A stretch of 64,000 nucleotides of DNA from Amoebidium appalachense (Eukaryota > Protista > Ichthyosporea), in NCBI GenBank assembly GCA_963693365.1, contig CAVNZM010000001.1, positions 21,459,210-21,523,209 of the forward strand, written 5' to 3'. Within the stretch, counting starts at the first letter, position 1; each line of letters starts with the position of its first letter. Below the pieces are notes generated by a model that saw only the letters and a list, made by a program, of their open reading frames with translations, was not told where the DNA came from and searched no databases. Of the stretch, positions 51,801-61,006 are shown piece after piece. The position numbers and the translations under genes are program-made.

Positions 51801-52217
51801 TCACGTGTGGTGCGGCAAGTACAATAATGCCGCGGTTTTTCGCGTAACCGGGGTGTGTGGATGTGTCGACCAATGTAGAGTTGAATTTGTTGTGGTTTTT
51901 AAACTGTGTTTCGCAAATCACTGTAAACGTGTGGTTGTTTGTCTGTTGTTGTATGTAGCTGATTTTATCGTCGAGTGTCCCGGGGGGGAGGCCCTTTTGG
52001 GGGCCCAGTGTCCGAGCATTCCAGAAGAAGAAGGATAAATTAGGCATCGGTTTGGTCCGACACCTGTGGGGTTGGTTCCCACTTGTCGCTTACGGGGTCG
52101 TATGCACGACCTTCCGCCAGTGCGAACAGTTCGCAGAAGAGCTCGATTTCCATCTCGCATCGGATTTCCATCTCGCATCGGATTTCCATCTCGCATCGGA
52201 TTTCCATCTCGCATCGG
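48481..52217 (-). mobile_element. 5'-truncated LINE family 2 (intact ORF2, ORF1 tail only)
   Basis: Near-identical reverse complement of ~39758-43439. Confidence 0.95.
48850..52047 (-). CDS. LINE family-2 ORF2 (1065 aa)
   Basis: Differs from 39874-43068 by H>N, T>S and one inserted Thr. Confidence 0.95.
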   Translation of the reverse strand: MPNLSFFFWNARTLGPQKGLPPGTLDDKISYIQQQTNNHTFTVICETQFKNHNKFNSTLVDTSTHPGYAKNRGIIVLAAPHVRVKCKPVAKTEFSVSIEFLSNVFTFVYYPPSMSVVELTHELSQLPMSTVILGDFNTRLHHTDTLQVSVGYPSKPPERAIPLARYVQSHTLRFPQISHAHNTDWGVAFWPSTMSKLSLPPNLSRSSDHSPILFLPKISLDLLPPPPPTFRLRLSQLKSQWGRVDVCVCYATKHPIYMRLLESAQARPDSHLVLDTCTNFIVDDLIDLGDYAGGGRKEYPDALLLPNTTPARLGEPLSQKESLRRLASMNRFGPPARIIGDTTGDPLIDSDKYFSELFKDRTPAQKPIVWPVDPSIPIESILPFFSPDAIWSVISSYSSSKSCGPDGLPAGFLKILVPSYPQKESDRAIKPDLTIMLSSLFSWCVKCGHTVPSSWLDTLVIPIVKKDSEGPISSFRPITLTQVVRRFFEACLLRLFAHHPRFQSILHIHPCQSAFRKNNSCYVQIMALHDSMQVGAQYVGFIDWKTAYDSVSPGLLWEKLAARGVPHCIGVLLEALLSQTYGRAVVNGHLSYGFARTRGLLQGSLLSPFLFNLFIDDLAVKIYAENDDPINNFPPALLYADDLSLLARTPRRLQRLFDVVSEWCKANLMILNIDKCGVLVPDIANNLHTFTLSSKPVPIVPEYKYLGVPVDSVGVMFPHMVEKRVELARKRLAFFSANIFKDTPLHPSIRLTFIRTFVFPACEYGLPLLAAWIKKERTRALKPLANFLEAEVASFLSNNCCKPGPVTLSIYGLVPIAARVSYLALKFNKHISRLKKYLPSHPLFSIRPVPSSPLPSFLPSLSPSPLGTNTNKPRNSVCVTLDCHLLIKHVHNHKIITQYNKWKKIPHDTRPDESIHLEKLSLMSRFIYTDRLNHIAKYGTRKCITPKYILPSCRTGLSLADGIIDQLPRFYCTRAIQWRSNKYKVASFACPNNTHTHQFNRSCIAKCSLIDHIIPQHTHVTFTTDTQKDSLPVNYNILDFILNTRNYDLFIRCIDWLEKHITTKL

Positions 52218-52353
52218 GTTCGCGTGCCGCGGGTTTTTTCCGATTGGACTGTTACTTTCCACGCACGTTTCCACATCAAGCAGAGTCTCCGGCGGACTAC
52301 CAGAGCCCACGTCACCATCATAACGCGCCCAGTCGGCTCGCGTCGCTGTGAAA

Positions 52354-52384
<31 letters not shown>

Positions 52385-52959
52385 CTCCCCCCCCCGCCAT
52401 ACAAAATCAAATGAGTGATATCCCTATTGTTCCAGGGCCACGTTTCCTTCTCCCGCTAGTACTATGACATAGAGTGCTATTACATAGCAACATTTACTTT
52501 CAATTATACATACTTTTAATCCGAAGTCCATACATCTGTGTGGTCGCAAGTTGTGGAATGCCCGCATGACGCGGGCCTCTAACGATTGGATAAAAACATA
52601 AGAAACTCAAGCAGCGCCAAGGAATGTTCGCCTGACACGGCCCGCAAATGATTGACGGAGTGCTCTCTCTATTCAGTCGGGGCGTCCTCTAATTAGGGGA
52701 TCACACAAAACACATGTTATCAACATCTTTGGGCCGCTCGACCTGGCATGCGGGACTCTCAAAGTCCACATGTGCATACAACCCCCCCCCCCCCCCCCCC
52801 CCCCTCCCCCTTCCACCCTCCCAAAACATTACACACATTACACCCATCCACCCCACTTGGGTTTGAATTGTACATACGTAGTTATAGAAGATTTCTACGA
52901 ACTCCCTTTAGATAACATGTACAAACATTGCGTGACCCGCGCGCGCGGTTGTTCATGCA

Positions 52960-53861
52960 TATGACACAAGCAAACCTCGTGATCTTATTGCGGGATCACC
53001 TTTTGGGTCCGACACTCACCAAACAAAAGGCGGTCGCATTCCAAATGCACGAGCACATTTTAACGCACACGCTAGCTGTTCAGAACACAGTCTTTCCAAC
53101 AAGCAGTGTCGACATGCCGAACTTACGGGGTAGAGCCTCAGGGCCCGTAGGGCCCGGTGGCGAAACATTACGTGGGGTGTCGCCGCTTACTGCAGACTTG
53201 GACAGCATGATGCCTCTAGATGAGGACGCAGATTCCTACATCATAACCCCTAAACAGGTATGCATTGCGTCTTACCACCACTCCCTGTTTCGGTCGCAGG
53301 TGCCGCTTTACTCTGAGTAGGCTATCCGTTTGCTTGTATGGCATCGATGCATGTGTGCCCCTAACTTTGAGCTACGTAAGACCGACTGAACACAAAGGTA
53401 CCTTCTCACATTAGGGGTTTGTGCTGGTGTGGGGTCACTCAGGTCGGATGGCAGGAGGACCTGGAGAGGAACCTTTTTGTATTCCGCGGGCACATTCAAT
53501 TAACAGAAAAATCAATCAAACACGTGCGAAGGCTGGCTAGCAACCACATTGCTCAAACGATTTTGGTGAACGATACGGTTGACGTCCACGATAACGATGG
53601 GACGCGTTTCTCTGTTCCTCTGACCCCGAAAGACCCTCTGTTAAAAACTTGGTATGATGAAATCAGGCATTTTCTGGGAGACAACGGCCTACCATGCAAT
53701 CTCAAGATTTGCGGTCTCTCAGTTATAGGCAGCAAGCCCAACGGATCACCCCAGGTGTGCCACTGGGATCACAATGTCCATGAGATATTGAAGAAACAAA
53801 CCCCATGGCAAGATATACCGTGGTCAATATTCTATCACGTCGAGGATGGGGGCACACTCAT
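52960..53861 (+). pseudogene. 2OG-Fe(II) dioxygenase-like gene truncated by the Copia LTR (exons ~52960-53257 and ~53443-53861)
   Basis: LSVIGSKPNGSPQVCHWDH...PWSIFYHVEDGGTL resembles the S-x-P-x(3-4)-Q-x-x-H-x-D start of a DSBH fold. The distal His is missing because the LTR begins at 53862. Confidence 0.6.
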
Positions 53862-56800
53862 TGTTGTAATACGTAGTATTTACATATTGTAAGATCTTCT
53901 CAGTTCGTGTTATGTTTTCATTCATTTACTTAATGAAAAAGATGTGCTCCTTGTACGTAAATTATGACATCGATCTCCAGTGTATTTGAGTACTTGTAAT
54001 CGTGTTGTGTCGGCTATATTTGTGTGTTTAGATATCGATTACAGCAACTGATTATAGGTACACGAGTCTACCCAGTGAGGAAGAAACGTGTACATGTTAT
54101 GTGTACATGAATATCTTCGGTTATAACTGTGTTTTCATGTTCGTGTTTTCTGTCCTGCTTTCTTTTCTTTTTCCTCTTTCTTCTTCTTTCTTTTCTCTTT
54201 CTTTCTTCTCTTGTTTCCTTTCATTTAATTATATTTCTCTCTCACTAATATACGTTGAGTAGATTTATATTACTCGTTATGTTTTGATTGGTAGAAAAAC
54301 ACTTAGGTTACACTTTAGCTTGTCAGGCATGATTCATAGCTTAGTCAACCACTTTTGTTTTGTGTGTTGCCGTACTATATCCAATCAGTGGACTTAGTCA
54401 GAAAATGTCTGAGTCTTTGTAGCCGATGATAGGTTAGAAACATCACCTCTTTCCTCGTTACTCTTCACCTCTTTTCTTTCTTATAGCTGTGACCTATGGT
54501 GTGTGTTCCCGCGTCTCCGGATCTATCCGGGAAATAATCAGTTAATTGTGATTGGTTATTTTAGACATAGATCTGATTTCCGACTGGTCGGAAATCATGT
54601 ATGGATTTAACTTAAGGGAATTTCAGGTATTTATTAGCGATCAAAATAAATTGAGTTCAGTCGTGTCTAAACATTGATGTCTGTTGTGTACACTTCTCCG
54701 ATCGTTTCCGTGTTTTGTTGTTGTGTGTGTCTGTGGTGTTTTTACCCTGCACCACTGTGTCTCTGCTTACTTCCCAAATACTTATACAATTTAACAGGTT
54801 ATGCAGCCCTTTTGCACGCTCCCTACACACATCTAAAACTAGCGCTCGTTTTTCAATCATGGATCCAAACAAAACTGGCGTAAACAAAATCACCATGTGG
54901 AAAGGTGAAGGGAAGACTGGTCCCGATAGCAAAACCACCTATTTTCAATGGGAAATCATTTTTCTCGGCATGATGACCGGCACTAAAGGTGTCCGACTCG
55001 TGGATGTTGTACTTGCTGACAACTACGTCCCCCCTACCACCGTCGCGGTTGACGGTGAACCCCCCTTCTATGGCTACGGCACTACCGCGGAACTCAAGGA
55101 GGCCCGCAATTGCCTCCTGCTCCATATGATACAGAACATCGACCCTTCCGTACTCACCACCGTTGCCCAGTACCGTATTGGCATGGACCCTGAACGGGCC
55201 ATGTGGAAATTCCGTCAACACTATCTCCAAGGCAAACCCGATCAGATCCGCATCCTTCACCGTCAGTGGGATGCCTGTGCCCTTCAGCCCGGTGAATCAT
55301 TCACCACCTACCTGAGCCGTCTGCAGACCATCGTGAACCAGCTCCAGTCTCTTCAAGATGAGTCCATTCACTTCACTCGTCTAGCTGAGAAGTTCTTCAA
55401 TGAACTCACCACCAGAGACGACCTCACCCCTGAGTTCAACCATCTTATCGAAGACTATCACTTCGGTGATAAGCTATTCCCCGACTTCGAGTCCCTCCAC
55501 AACCACGTCAAGGGCATCGAGTTACGTCAAGACCTCAAGATGCAACTCCGGAGCAACCGTGCCCACCGTGCCTCCAAGTCCAGCATGGCATTAAATGCCA
55601 GTGCTCCCCCCCGTGATCTTCCTCGCCGTGACTTACGCACCCGACTTGACCGTACCCCTGGTACGGACCTCCGAACTCGTCTCTCCCGACAGCACACCCG
55701 ATCCCGTTCCCCCCACCGGCCTGCCTTCCGGTCCACGTCTCGTTCCCCCAGTCGTTCCCGTTTCTCGGGTTCCCGTCGTTCTGATTCCCCGGCTCGCTCT
55801 AACACCCCGTCCGTGAAAGAATGCTCCTACTGCCACGAGCCTGATCACACGATCATCGATTGCCCTGAGCCGAAATGCCGTATGTCCAGACACAACCGTT
55901 CCCGTCAAGGCAGTGAGAAATCTGTCTCCTTTGCTTTCTCGGCATACAATGCTAGCTCCGTCCCCGTGTCCCCCGACCCTGCCTGGGATTCCGGGTGCAA
56001 CATGACTGTCTGCCCCACCCGTGAGTTCTTCCATGACCTCACTCCCCTTCCGACACCGACTCCCGTTGCTGCCTTCAATGGCACCCCCGTCTTGGCCACT
56101 CACACCGGCCATATCGTCATCAACACCACCACCGACCATGGCACTGCCACCCTTACCATTGAAGCCTACTACACCCCGTCTGGCCAAGCCTTCCTCATTT
56201 CAACATCCCAAGCTGCTGCCGAATACATCAAGGGTGATTTGAACGATGCCTCCACTCCGTCATTCCTCTTCGACCGACTCACCGGCCGTCACCTCGTCAA
56301 CCTCCGTCTACACAACGGTCTGTATTACTTCAAGGACTACACCATTCAACCACCCACTCGTCCTGTGGCTCTGGCTGCCACTACCAGTGTTAACCCATCC
56401 ATCTGGCACCATCGTCTGGGGCACCGTGCTATGACCAGCGTCAAGGACATGGTCAAACACGACCTTGTTATTGGTCTCCCCTCCTCTGTCCTCGACTGTG
56501 ATGTTCCTGATTGTCATGGCTGCATTATGGGTAAAACCACCAAGGCTCCGTTCAAGGGTGACTGTCCTCACTCCAACATCCCCGGTCATGAATGGCATTG
56601 GGATTTTTTTGAGCCTACCACAACATCGTACGGAGGTTCCAAGGTTGCTCTCGTCACTGTCTGCCGTGCCTCTGGACTCGTCAAGATCTACCCGATGGCC
56701 GACCGTACCACCACCCTGGACATTCTCACAGCTCACACCAACCTCGTTGCCACCCATGCCCCCTCCAAAGTTGGTGTTTACCACTTCGACTCCGGCTCTG

Positions 56801-59800
56801 AGTTCACCTCCAAGGATACCCGTGCCTTTTGCCTCTCCCAGGGCATCAAGGCCAGCTATGCTCCGGTGGACTGCCCTCAACTGAACGGCTATGTTGAACG
56901 ACGTATGCGGTTCCTCCAAGAGATTGTCCGTTGCCTCCTCCATCAAGTCCAAGATCAGTCTCTGTCTCCCAAACTGTGGGCTGAGGCCCTCCAACATGCC
57001 GCCTACATCATCAACGTCACCCCGTCCACGACTGCCAATGGTCGTACACCATTCGAGGTTTTCTACGGTGTCAAGCCCGACATCTCCGAGCTCAAAGTGT
57101 TCGGTTGCCCTGCCTACACTCACGTGCCAGCCTCTAAACGGACAAGCTGGCCCCCACCGTCACACTCGGCATGTATATCGGCTATGATCTTCAATCACAC
57201 TGCCACCGGATCTTCAATGCCACCACCCATCGTGTCGGCCTCTTCCGTGATGTGATTTTCGACGAATCAGCTTATCTCCCGTCCGACATTCCATCAACCC
57301 TTCCGACCCCCGACACCACTACTACCTCGACCACCCCACCCCCCACGGTTGACACTGAAGATGATGTTTGTCTGGTGTACTCTGGCCCCCCTCCTGCCAT
57401 CGTCGTTCCCCCGACACCCCCCCCACCGGCCCCCCTGCCCCCGTGCCCGTCCAGCCTGCCGACCCTCATCCTGCCCCTGGCAACGTCACACCCATCCGAC
57501 CCGGCTCCCCCGACAACTTCCACTCGGCCCCGTCCAGCCCGGAGGTTGCCCCCCCTGCACTTCCGAACTTCCAAGTTCCCCCCCCCACCGTCTCCACCTC
57601 CCCCGGTTCCTGCACCCCGTCGTTCTGCCCGTCTACAGGGCAAGGTTAGACTTCAAGCAACCACCACCCTCCCAGTCCCCCCCGGTCCCCCCATCAACAT
57701 CGACCAACTACCCAAACTTGTCCGTCAACTGTGTTCCGGACCCAATGGTGACCAGGTCAAGTCCGCCCTGACTGCTGAGTATCAGGCCTTCGTCGACAAA
57801 GACATCTTTGAACTTGTTGACCCTCCCCCTGGTGCTAACATCGTCGGCTTCAAGTGGATTGTCTCCGAGAAAACTCTCAACTCGGCTGGTGACACCAAGA
57901 TCAAGGCACGTGGTGTTGCTCAAGGCTTCAGTCAGCAATACGGTGTTGACTATGAGTTGATTGAGAGCCCTGTCATCCGTCCGGCTGCTCTCCGTGCCAT
58001 CCTAGCTCTGGCCGTTGTTGAAGGTCATGACATCCATCAACTCGACGTGTCTACGGCCTTTCTCAACAGCCCACTCACCGAGACCATCTACATGAAACAA
58101 CCCCCGGGATTCATCACCATGGCCACACTTGGCAAGGTCTGGAGACTCAAGAAAGCCCTGTACGGCCTCAAGCAAGCCTCCAAGGCTTGGTACGACTTCC
58201 TCGACGGCATTCTTCTTGCCCATGGCCTGACCCGTACTAAGACCGACCCGTGCATCTACCTCCGGTTCTTCCCCAACAACTTTGTGGTTCGGGCTGGTAA
58301 CTACGTCGACGACTCCACCATCACCAACACCCGGGGTTCTACTGCTGCCAGTGACCTGGCTGCCCACATCAGCAAGATGGCCAGCTGTCGTATGAGTCCA
58401 TTTGACCGTATGCTCGGTGTTGATTTTAATCACTCTGATCCCCATCACCTCCACATGCACCAGAGGTCTTACATCATGGATATCATCCACGACTTCAAGC
58501 TCACCGATGCCAATTCCAAGTCTACCCCCATCCCTGCAGGCACCACCGTCTCCCTGGCTGACTCCCCCCCCCAACCGTTCACCGTGCCCTACCGTGAGTT
58601 ACTCGGCCGTCTCCTCTGGGTGGCACGGTGCACACGTCCCGACATTGCCTATGCCATCGGCTTCCTTGGTCGGTTCAGCACCAACCCCGGCAAGACTCAC
58701 TGGGACCTTCTCCGTCGTGTGGCCCGGTACCTGCTCGGCACCATTGACCTTGGCATTGACTACAAGTACTCGGCCACCCAGTCCCCCATACTCGCATGCT
58801 ACACGGATGCTGACTTTGCTGGTTGTGCCGACAGCAAGAAGTCTACCACCGGCTACATTATCGAGTTTGCTGGTATGCCCATCATCTGGTACTCCAAGCT
58901 CCAGCCCATCACGGCCACCAGCACCACTGAAGCTGAGCTGATTGCTCTCAATGCTGGTACCCAAGAAGTTGTTTGGGTCCGTGACCTCTTCAAGGAACTC
59001 GGCTGTCCCATGCTTACTCCGACTCCGGTGTACTGTGACAACCAGTCGACCATTGCCATCGTCAACTCCACCGGCATCAAGCACCGTACCAAACACATTG
59101 CCGTCCGGTATCACAACACCAAGGACTACATTGCCAGTGGGGACGTGGTTGTCCACTACGTCGAGTCAGCTCACAACTTGGCCGACATCCTCACCAAACC
59201 CCTCCCTGGCCCGAGTCACGTCACCCATCGTGCCCGACTTTGTGTGCCGGACATTGTCGATTGACCAGTCCTACTTCAAGAGTGATTTTCTAATGTTTAC
59301 TACTTACTTTATTATGATCATTATTTCATATGTATTGCCTTTGTGGGTATGCCCACTTAGGGTTTATATATAAGGTTTGACCTGTACCGCGACTCTACTC
59401 TATCTTTCACTGGTTTCACACCCAGTTAATCAAACCCCGACTATACACGGTATATATATTCGTTGTTTTTGCCCCGGTTCCTTCCCCCCCCCTCCCCCCC
59501 CCCCCCGGGAAAAGTCCACACTTTAATTTTTTTTTTTCCGTTTCTGTTCTCAAGTGGGGAGATTTCACTAGTTCAGTGGGGATATGATAACACAAACTTC
59601 AAAGTCTTAAGTGGGGATGTTGTAATACGTAGTATTTACATATTGTAAGATCTTCTCAGTTCGTGTTATGTTTTCATTCATTTACTTAATGAAAAAGATG
59701 TGCTCCTTGTACGTAAATTATGACATCGATCTCCAGTGTATTTGAGTACTTGTAATCGTGTTGTGTCGGCTATATTTGTGTGTTTAGATATCGATTACAG

Positions 59801-60562
59801 CAACTGATTATAGGTACACGAGTCTTAGACTACCCAGTGAGGGAGAAACGTGTACATGTTATGTGTACATGATTGAATATCTTCGGTTATAACTGTGTTT
59901 TCATGTTCGTGTTTTCTGTCCTGCTTTCTTTTCTTTTTCCTCTTTCTTCTTCTTTCTTTTCTTTTTCTTTCTTCTCTTGTTTCCTTTCATTTAATTATAT
60001 TTCTCTCTCACTAATATACGTTGAGTAGATTTATATTACTCGTTATGTTTTGATTGGTAGAAAAACACTTAGGTTACACTTTAGCTTGTCAGGTATGATT
60101 CATAGCTTAGTCAACCACTTTTGTTTTGTGTGTTGCCGTACTATATCCAATCAGTGGACTTAGTCAGAAAATGTCTGAGTCTTTGTAGCCGATGATAGGT
60201 TAGAAACATCACCTCTTTCCTCGTTACTCTTCACCTCTTTTCTTTCGTATAGCTGTGACCTATGGTGTGTGTTCCCGCGTCTCCGGATCTATCCGGGAAA
60301 TAATCAGTTAATTGTGATTGGTTATTTTAGACATAGATCTGATTTCCGACTGGTCGGAAATCATGTATGGATTTAACTTAAGGGAATTTCAGGTATTTAT
60401 TAGCGATCAAAATAAATTGAGTTCAGTCGTGTCTAAACATTGATGTCTGTTGTGTACACTTCTCCGATCGTTTCCGTGTTTTGTTATTGTGTGTGTCTGT
60501 GGTGTTTTTACACTGCACCACTGTGTCTCTGCTTACTTCCCAAATACTTATACAATTTAACA
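53862..60562 (+). mobile_element. Ty1/Copia LTR retrotransposon (LTRs 53862-54796 and 59618-60562)
   Basis: TG...CA LTRs; PBS-like GGTTATG after the 5' LTR; PPT AAGTGGGGA; gag-PR-IN-RT-RH order. Flanks CTCAT and CCGTG do not match. Confidence 0.95.
54859..59264 (+). CDS. Copia gag-pol polyprotein with a 1-nt frameshift at ~57140
   Basis: CSYCHEPDHTIIDC knuckle; DSG protease; WHHRLGH/CHGC; integrase WDFF, DSGSEF, NGYVER; RT QLDVSTAFLN, LYGLKQA, YVDD; RNase H DADFA, EAE, DNQS, ADILTK. KR-x-KLAP...GMYIGY is split across two frames. Confidence 0.93.
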
Positions 60563-61006
60563 CCGTGAGGAGGACCCTCAGGGCGGCGACATGCACCAGC
60601 TGCCTCCGCCGCCCAATGCCCTGCAACTGGCCGTTTGGGGGGCCAGCCAGCGCAGCCAGTCGAACCCACCCTGCCCCCACCTGTCCCCGGAGGTCCGGGG
60701 GGCTGCCATCTTCGAGCCTATGCAGCATTTCGCTTTACTCTACCTGCTGCCGCCCACGGGCTCTTCTGTCCACACGCAGCGCCAGCCGGTTTCCCTGCCT
60801 GGCCTGCCTGCTGGCACGGTTGTGCTGCAGACGCCTGGCACCCAGCGCCAGCCCGCCCTGTGCCCGGACCTGCAGACCTACCTGCGCTGCATCTTGCAGC
60901 TGCTACGCCTACGTATCAACGCCAACGCCCCCGTCACGGCCCTGCTGGCCCACGCCGAGTTTGTGGCCACTGAGTTGGCACCCGAGTACCAGTGGGCTGC
61001 CATCAT
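60563..61006 (+). pseudogene. GC-rich coding fragment, possibly gag-like ORF of a DIRS/Ngaro-type retroelement
   Basis: Open frame through the whole interval, ending ...LLAHAEFVATELAPEYQWAAII, reminiscent of the Y-x-W-xx-V-xx-YD motif region. Bounded by LTRs on both sides. Confidence 0.4.

Noticed and set aside
54715-54858. N-terminal extension of Copia gag
   Set aside because: It lies in the LTR/PBS with a TTG start; ATG 54859 is preferred.
57130-57255. Programmed frameshift in the Copia polyprotein
   Set aside because: It falls after the integrase core, inside the conserved KRxKL motif, with no slippery site. More likely a 1-nt deletion or sequencing error.
55527-59156. Antisense ORFs over the Copia and LINE coding regions
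   Set aside because: Shadow ORFs caused by codon bias, with no recognisable motifs.
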